In this document: positions 1 through 12,848 of the stretch, in pieces
Position numbering within the stretch: the first letter of the stretch is position 1
Layout: every line of letters begins with the position of its first letter
DNA from: Curvularia clavata
Lineage: Eukaryota
Reading direction: 5' to 3'
Length of the DNA: 64,000 nucleotides
Assembly: GCA_023920165.1 (NCBI GenBank)
Contig: CP089276.1
Coordinates: forward strand, 4,402,001 to 4,466,000
The notes under the pieces: generated by a model
Told to the model about the DNA's origin: nothing
Seen by the model: the letters and a program-made list of their open reading frames with translations, nothing else
Database searches by the model: none
Position numbers and translations under genes: made by a program

Positions 1-711
1 TCTTCGATGATGGAAAGCGAAGGAGTGAGACTGAGACGAGCAGCAGCCCGGCACCCCCACAGGCAAAGAGAACAGCATCTGCGGAAAAGGCAAAAGAGAA
101 CCATCCCCCGTCGACCAAGCCTCGGTCAGCGAATCCGGTTGGAGGTGCCTCTGCGTTTGCATGGCTAAAGAATGGTGGGCCGAAATAGCGTTGCCGCACG
201 GCTGACTGGTCTCGCCGCTTAGTAGTAGTAGCTATTTAGAGGGTTTCTGAGCTTAGCGCTTGCAGCCAGGCCATAGCAATAAAAATAAAAGCCAAAGCCA
301 CACTGCGTTGCTGTCTGATGGTGAAGAGTGAAACGGGTTGGGTGTACATAGTATGTAGCAGCAAGCGAGACAGGGGACGGGCCTTCAGCTGCTGTCGCCA
401 AGCTCGCTTATTGGCAAGGCTGAGCTGATAGTGCGAAGGGAGAGTGACGACGGCCTAGGGACAGTGTCAGTTGGTGTGCATCTCATTTTTTTGCGGAGCA
501 TTGCACGTACCCGAAGACAAGAGGACCGACGCCTTAGCCATCGCCAGCCCTCGCGACGACGTGTTGCATATTCCTTCTCCCCTCACTCGTCTCGGCCACC
601 CTTCACCGCATAATATACGAACGAGCATTCTACATACATACCTACATACATACCTAGTCTGTCCGGAAGCTCGTCACGTCACGGGCTTCACGGCAGGCAA
701 CCAACTTCAAG

Positions 712-3700
712 ACGGCCTCCACTAATAATAAGAAGCGGAAGATCGTGGCCCCCGCAAAAGACTCGCCTGCGCCGAGGGACGACACTCATTCACCGAATGT
801 GGGCAGCGCTGGCGTAGGGTCCCCTCGCTCCTCCTCCCCGCAGCCCTCAGCATCACCACCACGCTACTTGCCACCACACCTGCACGACGAGGTTCTCGTC
901 GACGCTTCCGACTCTGGCAGTCAGTTTCCACGCGACTATAGTAACGGAGCAAGCTCTCCCAGCGAAGCCTACGCCAACCTCTCGCTCGACAGCCGCGACG
1001 GCTCCTCAACCACCGCCGCCGTCGATCTAGACCGTACACGCACCGCCGAACAGCTCTATACATCACGGCCCACGCCCCGGGCATCCTCACCCGCTAAGCG
1101 CTCTCATTCAGACATGGACGACAAGACTGGCACCAACACCACTTCCCGGACCACCGAAGCCACCAAGCCAACACTGCCCGGCGCATCACAACGCAGCGCG
1201 CGTGCAACATCGGTAGACATGGCCGACACACCCAACAGCGCCAGCTCCGAGGCTGATGGCGTCGTTTCTGGATCCTCGCCTACCACCACCGAAGCCACAC
1301 CGCAGACCGACCTCCCCAGCATAGACGAGCAGGTGACTCGCGTCATGGGCATGATGACAAGCGAGCCTCTGGTTGACCGCCAGGAGGGCTATATCATTTC
1401 CGAGAGGTGGCTAGAACGTGTCTGGGCGAGGACGTCGGAAAATGTTAGCAGGCCTCAAGACTTCAGCAAGGAAGCGACCCAAGGCCCCGTTGGCCCCGTG
1501 GACAACTCGCATTTAGTCGACACAGAATTGCTGCAAGAGGACCTGGCCGACCAGCGGGGCGAAGACTTCATTCCTCTGAACAAGGCTGCCACACTGGGTC
1601 AGGATTTCGAGGTTTTGCCTCGCAAAGCATGGGAGCTGGTCCTGAGCTGGTACGGACTCAAGAAGGGCACTCCAATCATCCGGCGGTACGCTCACAACAC
1701 AGTACCCGGTCAAGTCAACGAGGACATTTCCTATGAGCTGCATCCTCCTATTATTACTATCCGGAAAGTCCGGAAAACAGCAATCCCTGCCGACAACTCT
1801 AAGTTGGCTGAAAAAATCGTCGCCAGTCGATATGAAAGCTTTGTTACCTTTCTCGAGGCCGCCAAGAAGGCTGCGGGCATCGATCTGAACAACAAAGTGC
1901 GGATCTGGAGAATCCTCTCTACCGCACCCACTGACAACCCCCAAACATCTCAACCGTCTGGCATATTGACTCCAGACGCATCCCCACGTAACGGTTCGCC
2001 TGTCGCACCCACAGGTGTTCAACGGCCTTCTCTTGTCATGGACGTCGCAAGTTTCAACGGCCTTGCATACGGAACAGAGCGAGAGCTAGTCACAGGCAAG
2101 GACGAGAACGCCAACGAGACTTACAATGAGTCTCTCACTCTGGCGGATGCTGGTCTCACACAAGATCAAGTCATCGTACTAGAGGAGCATGACGAGAAGG
2201 GCGAGTATATTTCCGACGCAAACAAGGAGGCATCTAGAAGCAAAGCTAGCACGTTAGTCAGCAAAGGCCTCCAAAGCAACACCACAAGTGGCAGAAACAC
2301 GCCTACGAGTAGTCCCATGACACGTGGAAGGAAGCAAAATGGCAAGGTGCGCGGTCACGTCGGTTTGACAAACCTCGGCAATACTTGCTACATGAACTCG
2401 GCTCTCCAGTGTCTCCGAAGTGTCGAAGAACTGAGCATGTACTTTCTGAACAACAAGTGGAAAGAGGAGGTCAATGTCGACAATCCAATAGGCCACAAGG
2501 GTGTCATCGCAAAGTCATACGCCGCGCTGCTGAGTGCCATCTACAGTCTCGACAACAACTCATCCGTGTCGCCGAAGGACTTCAAACAAAAGCTGGGGAG
2601 AGCAAACAGCTTGTTCTCTGGTTACGGTCAGCAAGATTCACAAGAGTTTGTTAGCTGGCTGGTGGACGCGCTACATGAGGACCTCAATCGGATACACAAA
2701 AAACCCTACCGAGAGAATCCCGATTCAGAAGATGATACCTATCGCGACCCGGAGGCAGTTAAAAAGCTTGGTGAAATTTATCGAGAAAATCACCGCGCTC
2801 GAAACAACTCTGTAGCAATGGATCTGTTCAGTGGATTCTACAAAAACACCATGGTCTGCCCAGACTGCGAAAAGGTCAGCATAACATTCGACCCCTACAG
2901 CCAACTTACTTTACAATTGCCCATTGAGCAAACTTGGACCCATACTATCACATATGTCCCGCTTCGTGGAAAGCCTTACCAGCTCGAGGTCGACATTGAC
3001 AAGAATGCCACCATCAAGACACTAAAGGAGTTTGTCGGCAAGCGTGGCGGTGGTGTGCCAGCGAACCGCATCATGGCGTCTGAGCTTTACAGCCACAAAT
3101 TCTACCGCCACTTGGATGATGCACTCACCGTATCAGAGTCGAACATCGGAGCTCGAGACGACATATACTTTTATGAACTCGACATGGCACCAAGCAATTG
3201 GCCAGCTCCAAAGAAGAAGGGATCGAAATATAAGACTATACTTTCTCAATCTTCTGATGAGGATATTCCAGACACCGCTTCACCGCTCCATGATCGCATT
3301 GTTGTCCCTATTTTCCACCGCAGCCCGAGTGTATCCGCTTATAGGTCGAGCAGTACTGGCATGGCACTTTGGCCTAGTTTCATCGTGCTTACACGAGAGG
3401 AAGCAAGGGACTATGACGCGATCTTCAGAAAGGTGTTGGCAAGGGTTGCACAGATGACCACGCGAAAGATACTAAGTGAGCTTAGTGGATCAGATCATTC
3501 GCAATCTGGTTCTGATGTTGTGCTAACTACCGAAGAAGACGCTTCGCCAAACGACCCCCAGGTCAAGGATGACTCCGTTGAGGGCGAGGACATGGTTGAG
3601 GTGACAATGACAGACGCTAAAGACTCGCCCACAGCCCAAGCTGAAGATCCAAATCAGATCCCAGAAGTGCTTCGTCCGGGCAGCTTTATCCATCCGGAGT

Positions 3701-5547
3701 TTAGGTACGTCAAGCAATCTTGAAGTAACTGGATGATTAGTCACTGATACACGATAGGCAACTGTTTGAAATGAAGCATACCAGGAAAGGTAATGAGATC
3801 GTGACGACCGGTTGGAGTACCTTGGATCACAACCGCGCGTGCGAGCCCATTTCGAAGCGTATCCGGGTGCCCTCATCACGAGAGGAGTCGGTCCAGTCGT
3901 CTGCTGGCGGAAGCGAGCCTACATCCAGTGATGAGGATGAAGACGCTTCCCAGTCAACTATCGTTGATGCCGAGGCTGCTGTCGAACCGGCGAACGTTAG
4001 CAGTGATGAAGAAATGCAATCAGTCGAGCCGGAAACAACCGAATTCGCGCGACCAGGCCGCCACAACAAGAAGAAGAGCAAGAAGGCCCGGAAACATGAG
4101 CGAAAACTCGAAAGGAAGAACAAGCACAATAAGAATTTCAAAAACCGGAAAGCTGGCAGGGTACCCGAACAACCGAACTATCCTGACGATCCGGACGACG
4201 AGGCCGACGACCGCTTGATCCGTATGGGTGAGGGCATTGTACTTGACTGGACTTCAGACGCTATAGATGCCTTGTTTGGTGGCACTTCGGAAGACGACGC
4301 CCGGGGCATGGACGTTATCAAGTCTATTGAAGTGCTGGACGATCCTGAGATTCGAGAGAAGAAGGCAAAGCGTGCTGCTCGCAGGAAGAACGGCATCAAC
4401 TTGGACGAGTGCTTCACCGAATCGTCAAAGAGCGAAGTGCTTTCTGAGGACAACGCATGGTATTGCAGTCGGTGCAAAGAACTGCGCCGTGCAACAAAGA
4501 CATTGGAAATTTGGACAGTACCTGACATACTCATCATCCACCTCAAACGTTTCAGTGGTCATCGAACATTCCGAGACAAGATTGAGGATCTGGTCGACTT
4601 CCCGGTTGAGGGCTTGGATCTTTCGGGCAAAGTTGGCTTTCCTGAAGGCAAGGATCTTATCTACGACCTGTTTGCTGTCGACAATCACTATGGTGGTCTT
4701 GGAGGCGGCCACTACACAGCCACTGCTCAGAACTTCTTCGATAAGCAGTGGTACGATTACAATGGTGAGTAGCCCAGTCTTCCGCCTGAGACATTCAACA
4801 CTGAATGATTACCTCCATCTTTGTCGTCATATAAAACTAACTTTTCCAGACTCTATTGTTTCTCGTTGTGAATCGGGTCGAAAAGCTGTTACGAGAGCTG
4901 CTTACTTACTCTTTTACCGTCGCCGCTCGCCTGTCCCTTTAGGCCCACCAGAGCTTCAGAAGGTGGTGACTGCCGACGTCAGCAATCCAGACTCTGATGA
5001 CGAGAACAATACGGACGCAGATGATCAGCAGACCCGTTCCCGCTCACCGGCGGGAAACGGCTTGCGCCTCGGCGATTCGTCCCGCAATGGGTCGTCGAGC
5101 GCTGGCGCAGTCGGAGCGGGAGCCGCAGTCCTGCGCGGGGATGGCTATCAGCGTTCAGCAGCAGGGAACCGTCCAAAGAACGGAGCCGCAGCCGTGAACC
5201 TGAGTGACGATGACGACGAAGACCTACCCCCGTATGCTGACGAAGACGAAGGATACGCAGAGGACTCTTACAACACCAATCCTTGGGCTGCTGGTGAAAG
5301 CGACCGACCAATGTGGAGCTTTAATGCGCTTAGCGAAAATACAATCCGCAACGATAACGATTCGGATACTGGTGGAGTGGCGTCTGACACCGGTGCAGCG
5401 TCAACTGGTGACGGCATGGAACTGAGCGACAGACTTTTGGAAGACTTTGGCGACGAAGAACCTATTAAGGGAGCATGGGGTGGTGTTGGCACGCCAGTCA
5501 CGCAGCAGGAGGATGAGGTTGCTGAAATCAGGCTGACTGGCGACTGA
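712..5547 (+). CDS. UBP12: Ubiquitin C-terminal hydrolase, USP4/11/15 (Ubp12)-like, with DUSP region and split catalytic domain; 3 exons
   Basis: Cys box GLTNLGNTCYMNSALQCL, QQDSQEF, CPDC and WYCSRCKE zinc-ribbon cysteines, His box NHYGGLGGGHYTA, and AAYLLFYRRR. Introns 3705-3757 (GTACGT..CTGAT..TAG) and 4765-4849 (GTGAGT..CTAAC..CAG) join ORFs 745, 3771 and 4267 in frame. The start is uncertain: candidate ACG at 712, first in-frame ATG at 1114. Confidence 0.93.
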
Positions 5548-7039
5548 GATAAGTAGAGTGTTTTTTGCCGATTGATGATTGCATGCCTGCATCAATTGTA
5601 CAACTTTAGAAATTAGATGTTTAAACATGATTGAACGAAAAAAAAAAGAAGGATGATTGTTGACGCAAAGGGAAAGAAAGGTAACTGGAGATGGGTGGGG
5701 TACCTCGACGCAACACGAGCGTTTCTCTTGCATAGCATTCGTAGGCGCGGGTTTGACGTATTCATCGAATATGCATGGTTCCAGAGATTTTGTTGCTCTT
5801 TGTGGGTTCTGAGAATGGAACTGTAATGGAATTCTGTAATAAGTCTTTCTTCTTTCGATCACTACTACACTTGGGATTGCGTCTGTGATTGCCTCAATCT
5901 GTAGGCTTGACCAGGCAAGATGCTGACCTCTGTGCTTTGAATTTTCTTCGCGAGCTGCCCAAGAAGACTATAAACCACAGGGTACAACCGAAAAGTAAAG
6001 CATGATCATGACCCATATATGCCACAGAAAGCTATAACTATTTAGTCACTATTAGAAGCCTATATAGTATGTAGTCATCGAAACTCTGAAATAGACAGAA
6101 TTAGCAGCACAAGCTTAATTGAATAGAGTAGCTTGGGAGGTGAGACTAAGCACAAGATCAGAGCCATTGCGATATACCCAAACGGGTGACGCCTGGCAGG
6201 CTATATGGCCATAGTAGCGGCCGGCTTATGGCGGCTACGAATATGAAGCCCCGGATATTCGAGTGTAATGAGTTAGTGAGACGGGCTACTTTACTCGATT
6301 GAAGCTCACCAGCTCTCGTAGCAATGCCTCTCATAGATGATTTTATGCCCAACTTCATAACACCTGGCTTTTTTGTTTCCATGTAACTCCATTTGTCGAG
6401 CTTTCTTGACAGAATAGATATTCCTGGTGCACGGAAATGAACGCAAACCTAAGAGAAATCAGAAGCAGGATTCAAGATCATGCATAAAAGATTGATTTTA
6501 GTTAAGCGGTAGGTAAGCACAGGCCATCATTTCATTCATGTACGCAATCACCCAGGGCAGCCAATGCATATGCTGGATAGAGTCAGAGAAGCCATTTTCA
6601 GGCGTTTGCGCTCAGTACCTGGCAACAAGGCTTACTTTGTCCTACGACAATGGTTGTCCGTGCTCTAGGGTCTGTTACTCGTCTGCTTTTCTTATTGAGT
6701 CAGATATTATAGATTTGATCATGGCTAAGCTCCAAAACAAACGAGCGGTGATTGGTTGTATCAAACTCAGATCCCGTGGTTGGAGCCGAGTGAAGCCGTG
6801 GTAGTAATAGCGGTCAAGGCAAACGCGGTTCTGACTGCTGCCTATATAGAGACCGCCACTTGCGACTTCTCGCCCATTCTCTTACCTTCTTCGAAAGCCT
6901 CACTCTAACCCACCACCACTTTTACCTACCACCACTCCTCTTACTTCCCACCACTACTCCTCCCAAACCTTTTTATCGGCTGTTGCAAATCTGTGACAAA
7001 CATAAGGGTCTCAACTTCATAGACAAACGAGCCTAAAAG

Positions 7040-8232
7040 ATGTCCGAACCTTTCAACCCCAACCAACTTTCCACGCAAGCAATCCAGACTGAGCTTCAGA
7101 CAGCTGTTGCGTCGGGAACAGGAGGCCGCGCTCCCAAAGTCTACAAGAGGATTTCTGCAGTACTCATTCACTTTGAAGACGACGACATAGGCTGCGATGG
7201 CCTCGAAAAAGAACTAGCAGAGACCTTCCGCAACTTCTACAATATCAACAACATTAAGCATCTCTTGATCAAGAACGAAAACGCACACCTAGCTGTGTCC
7301 AGAGTTCTCGTTGAACTGACAGACAAGGGCTGCACGGGCAAGGACTGTCTTGTCATTCTTGTTTTTTCTGGTCATGGAAAGGCTGAGCCTGAGTTTGATC
7401 CGAACATGATTCGAGGACCCATATACAAGCTGAAGCTCGGGTAAGTTGAAGCCTTGTGCTTTATGTCTCTTTCTTCTTGGGGTATACTAATATATCTTCT
7501 AGTGGCGCGATTGGTGCCAACGGAAAGTTTCGCACCCGAACACTTGATTGGAATAGTGCTACTGCTATCCTCGATGACATGGAATGTGATGTCCTCCACA
7601 TCATGGACTGCTGCTTCGCCGCCGAGAGCATGAGATCAGATGCAGAGTTATTGGCTGCTGCATCGCAAACGGCCGGCTCAGACGCCAATACGTCCTTCAC
7701 GAACGCCGTCATCCAGGAACTCCGTCGCTTATCTTCAAGGCCTTTTACGATCTCCACTCTTTACCAAGAGATCATGAGAAACCGGAGAGCATTGAAGCTA
7801 GAGTATATTCCATTTTACCACAGGCGCCCTGGCCGAGCTTCGGTTGTCTTGGGAGGACAGCGAGGCCCGCCCGTGGTTCCGACCCTCAAGCCAAATGATC
7901 CACGTGTCTTGCTTGCCGTGCATGTTTCTAAGACCTTTGACATGCAGGACCTCGAGGACTGGAAGAAATGGCTCAGTGACCTCTTGCCGCCCACAGTTAT
8001 GGGAATGCAGATCAAGTTGGAAGGCGCCTGGGACTCCTCATCATCTGTCATGCTCCTTTCTGTCCCCATCACTGTCTGGGCCCAGCTCAGCAACATCAAC
8101 CGGGCGTTCATTTTTGTCGGCGAGGTGACTTCGAACAACAAGTGCTTGGAGCAAGCCACCACAACACTTGCAGTTAGACCTCTGAAGGGATTGGAGAACC
8201 AGAAGCCAGGAGAGTCTTCTAAGAAGAAGTGA
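7040..8232 (+). CDS. Caspase-like (peptidase C14/clan CD fold) protein; 2 exons
   Basis: His motif LVILVFSGHG and Cys motif DVLHIMDCCFAA match the caspase/metacaspase His-Gly and Asp-x-Cys dyad context, followed by ELLAAAS..SFTNAVIQEL. Intron 7441-7502 (GTAAGT..CTAAT..TAG) joins the two ORFs in frame. TATA-like TATATA near 6843. Confidence 0.7.
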
Positions 8233-9644
8233 GCTGTCCTACATGGCTCACAAAACTGCCTATCCTACAGAGTATCACACCACAATCGGAAAGGACTCTT
8301 CTTATCTCGTACCGAGTCCAGGCAATTACTCACCATGTGGCCTTCGAATAGTGTCTACACAGTCATAGCTTTCTGTAGAATGAATGAAATATGACCTTGC
8401 ATTACTTCCCAGTTGCACCCTGCTATGTACAACCACATGACGCCAATGTTTCAATGGCAAAAGACTTTCTACGTAGGGATAGGAATGGCCACCGCTACAC
8501 GCCTTTTGCGCATGCTATAGAGGCTTTATCCATGTATGGAAAGCTAGAGGAGGTAGGGACCCGCTCGACAAGTATTTTCATGCAGAGCTTGGGGTTAACA
8601 GAGCTACAAATGTGGTTGCCGCTTTTTCAAATGAGTAACAGAGAAGATGGATAGTGATATTCTAGAATTTTCTCTATAATGATTCTGGTTGTAGCTGTGC
8701 GCAAAAGTACCCTCACCTTTTAACCGCGGTAGCTACCACCAGTTGAATGACGTTTACCTGCTTATTGCTCGCATATGCTTGACAACAACGAAGCAATTTG
8801 GTTGTAGCGCCTAGTCCTGCACATGGCAGCCAGTATGCCAGTATCTCACTGGCTGCCCTAGGTATCATGGTGTGTGCTTTGCCACCCCACTAACGGCCAA
8901 CACAACCACAGCTCCGAACGGCACCATCCATCCTATCGAGAATGCCCTGAAGAACGCCTTACCTTTAGTGATATTCTTGAAACAAGCCTCTATTGGCATG
9001 CTCAAAAATTTTCGGGGTCTGATGTATCAAGCTGCATGTGAGCCTGATCTTCACCCAAAGCAAGCATCACTGTCAAAACAACAACACAACCATTCTTTAG
9101 GCTACTGTTCTATTCCTCAACCATAAAGCAAGGGCTTATATATTTTGATTATGAAGGTAGTCCTTGTATGCGAAATCTTAAGATCTGGCGCACTACATTC
9201 GAGCTGGGCAAGATAATTGAGTTTAACAAACGACGTTTGAGGCACTCCAATTTCAAGCGGCCAAATAAATTGCCAACTATCTAAACTTGGGCATTTGTAA
9301 AATGGTGTAAAGTTCTTGTTCTTGTCACAGATCAAGAATTTTGATTAACGTCAACTCATGACAGCGTTACACAGCATTAAGTTTTAATCGAGTACTCAGC
9401 TTGGCTTGGCTATCCCCTTGCCACCATTCCACAACGAATATCCCTCACAACCATCAGGTAGATATTTTTTTTATCAAAATCATAAGCTGATTCACTTTCG
9501 TATAGCATCTTGGCTCCTACTATGAACTCTGCCTAAGCTATGGCAACGAAGCAGTTGCTCACGCACGGTATGTACAGAACAATCCGGACAATACATGGGA
9601 CTACCAGACCCCACCAGTGAGAAACAGTCCTTCCGATCATCTCT

Positions 9645-12283
9645 TCATACCTGATCACGCAGGTCATCTGCCCCTCTTGATTCCCTTCTCGCAACGCAAA
9701 AGCGCCTCATGCAATGAGCCTGGGCGCAATCTGTAGAATGTGCATGTTCGACCTTATGCCTTTCAACTTCTCGCTTCGTCAGCATTTTGCGGTCGTTACA
9801 GATTTCGCAGGTGGAGTCTATCACGGCGTCGAGGGCTTTCTGTAGATCTTTTGGGTGGGGTTTTGCGCAGGGATCGAGCCAGCGGAGCTGGGTGGTGGAT
9901 GGGATGAAAAATTCATCGGCTGCCATTGAGGGAGAAGGTTGAGAGGGAGAAGGGCGGGGTGCAACTGATATTGTGGCACTGCTGTTGGGATTGAATTGGA
10001 ACGGTGCGCGAGTTGATGGTGGTGGGGCGACTGTGACGCTCGAGGCTGGGGAGCTTTCATCAATAGAGACAGGGGAATTGCCGTCCGCCGTGTTCGGCTG
10101 GGAAGCTGGCTCGAGTGTTGTGCTTGATGGTGAAGGCCGGGTATGCAGCAATGCGGTGACAAAGTCAGAGTCAAACCGCATCGCCGAAAGACCTGTGCAT
10201 TCAAGCATGGAAGTAACATGGAAAACTTCGCCCCTCTCTTTATCATCTAATAATCGGTCTTTCGCTCGCCGAGCCATCGTTTCAACGAAGAGCTTACTGA
10301 CAATGGTAAAATATGCTTTGTGTACAGCAGGTCGAACGTGCTCTGGAACCCTGTCTTGCAGAAAGAGTGCAAGATCACCCCCCAGGTTGGAAGCGCAGAC
10401 ATGCTCGTACGTCTGCGTTGATGAAATAGGGAAAAATTCCCTAGGCCCCTGGTATGAAGCACTATCATGGGCTTGAAAATGGGCCCCAGACATCTTGCTA
10501 ACCAGAGCAAGCATAACTTCCGACAGCAGCGGCTCGTCGAAGGTTTCGACCGCTAGGACATATGGCTGTACGCCATCGGGATCTGGGGCCGCTGGGTCTG
10601 CGCCACGGTCCAGAAGAACCTGCAGACGTGCAATAAGATCGACAGCTGGGCAATCTATAATGCACTTGCGCAATGGGCTGATTGTGTCGTTTTGTGTGCG
10701 GTTTGGACTTACACCTTTCGCGAGCGTTACTTGGAGGTCCCGCAGTGTATCAGTGGCGTGGCGTTTTGCATCTGGGCAGCTACCGAGGATTTCATAGAGG
10801 ATAGCTCTGCCATTACCCATGTGCGACGGGGAAAAACTGTCAATGATGGATCTCGCGAGTGTTGGCGTCGAGTGCCAAAGCGCCTGATGTAGGAAAGTAT
10901 CTCTTGAAGGTGATTGACAAGGGACTCCAGGAAAGGGCAATCGAAGATCTGAACCTCTGCTCACGATCATAGCAAAGCACTTGAGCTCCTGTTGTGTGAT
11001 GTGAAAAGCCCAATAGGGCCGAGTCCTCCATGGCTGCAGGAACGCATCAAGTGCCGACTGTATCGTGGGATCTTCAGCTCGACTATGAACGTTCGCTCCT
11101 TGATCGAGCAAATCATCAAGAATGTCGTGGCAGCGTACACGGTACGATGAGTCGGCGTAATTGTCTATTCGCCGAGCAAGGCATAGCTGCAAAGGAGAAT
11201 TTATGGACGGTTGAGCAATTGGAGGAAGTGGGGGTTCCATGTCCTCGACGTGCGCGCCTCGATGTAGAAGGATGCGAACGATTTCTGGATGCATCCAAAA
11301 TACTGCTTGTCGTAGTGGCGTCCACTTGGAGTCAGAGAGACCATTGATATCTGACCGCCCTGGTTGAAGCAGCGCCTGGACGGTGTGCACTCGCCCGTTC
11401 TTGATGGCATTGTGCAACGCCAGATCTGACCCGAGTGGGTGCTTTGAGCCTTTTGCTCCGTATGCGAGTAAGAACCAGATGATTGGCCCACAAGGCATTC
11501 CACACGCAATATCTAACAGAGTTTGCTCAGGATGCTGCAAGATGACCATTTGGCTGAGTGCAGGATGGCCAAAGAGAGCACCACCGGGCTCAAGCAAGAG
11601 TGAGCCAATGGGTTCGTTGATGCGGTCGACATGTCTGCTGATTAGCCTTTGGAGTCTCTCGAGGTCGCTGTCCAGAACTGCCTCAACCATGTCAGATACG
11701 ATATCCGGTGGCTGTGTAGGCTCCGGAATCCACATCTGGGGCGATGTCTGGAGGCTGCGACATCGTCAGTCAGCATGATCTCCACTTCGCGACAACAATT
11801 TTGAATGAGTCTTACTCTTCATGCCCTGTCATAGACGACTCCATAACGTCACTTATTTCGTCAGTTCCCAAACTTGGCAAAGCAGCATCAATCTGCCATT
11901 CTTCAGTTTCCTCTACACGGTCCTTTGGCGAATCATTCATATCTGCAGCCTCCACCATCCCGGCCGATTCTTCCTCACGCCCATTCTCATCCACTATCAT
12001 AAGACTCTTACTCCTCTTTCCTCTCTCCCGCCTGTCCCCAGCACTACCCCGCGGGCGATGTCTCATCAGGCCCCACTCTTTCAACTTCATACGGTACGCT
12101 CGCGTTCTATACAGTTGAAATCAGCTCAGCACTTACACAGCACTCATCATGTCGCACAACCACTTACGAAGCGCGAAATCTATGCTTCTTTGCCATTAGC
12201 TCCTTGACTTCTTCAAGCGTTTTCTTCTGCGAAAAAGAAAGTTCCTTGATCTCATCTTGGAAGAGATCCCAGTCTTTCGTCAT
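9645..12283 (-). CDS. Clr5-domain and ankyrin-repeat protein with C-terminal Cys/His cluster; 3 exons
   Basis: N-terminus MTKDWDLFQDEIKELSFSQKKTLEEVKELMAKKHRFRAS/TRAYRMKLKEWG is Clr5-domain-like. Ankyrin-type repeats (ALHNAIKNGRVHTVQALL, TPLRQAVFWMHPEIVRILLHRGA, LLDRGADP). C-terminal CEIC..H..H..C..C..C. Introns 12167-12107 and 11815-11755 restore the frame. Confidence 0.8.
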
Positions 12284-12848
12284 GTTGGCGAAAAGGTCAC
12301 AAATATATAAGGTTGGAGCTGTCCGTGAGTGCAAGTCTTGACAAGCGCAACAGTATAACCTCAATTCTTGCATATATGGCTCGGAGGCTCAGGAAAAAAT
12401 CACCAGAAAACGAATGGTGAGGTTATAAAACGTGTCCAGATTAGGCTGCCATATGGAAACGAGGTGAGGGATGTAACGAATTTTGCACACACTGAGCAGG
12501 AAACTCGAAAATGGAGACGATAGCAATGGAAGATGCAAATCCGTGAAAATGCTGGAATTAAGTATATGATAATTGCACATTGGCTGGAGTGGAGCTGAGC
12601 AATGTGCAAAAATAAGCGGCAGGGGTGGCTGTGCAAAAGTGCAATTCTTGCGCTAGTATGCTTTTCACCTAGTGCCCTCTGGCCAGTTCTGCCTAGATCA
12701 GGCCGATTAAAGGATGCAAGGAATTTCCAAGGACAGTGGAGATTGGCTAAGTAAGGGGAGACGTTTGTATACGAGCAAAGTAAAGGTATTTCATCTATCG
12801 TAACGCTAAATAACAAAAACAGCGAAAAGTTAAAGGCTCATTACAGAT

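Noticed and set aside
745..747. GTG start assigned by the ORF track for the Ubp12-like ORF
   Set aside because: It is only the first GTG/TTG/ATG in the open frame. The ACG at 712 has a closer match to the fungal initiation consensus and includes the KKRK motif.
8825..8857. 10-bp inverted repeat GGCAGCCAGT/ACTGGCTGCC
   Set aside because: Isolated, with no target-site duplication or associated element; compatible with chance.
8300..9600. Short ORFs between the caspase-like and Clr5 genes as a possible gene or transposon relic
   Set aside because: No recognisable motifs, terminal repeats or coherent splice structure.
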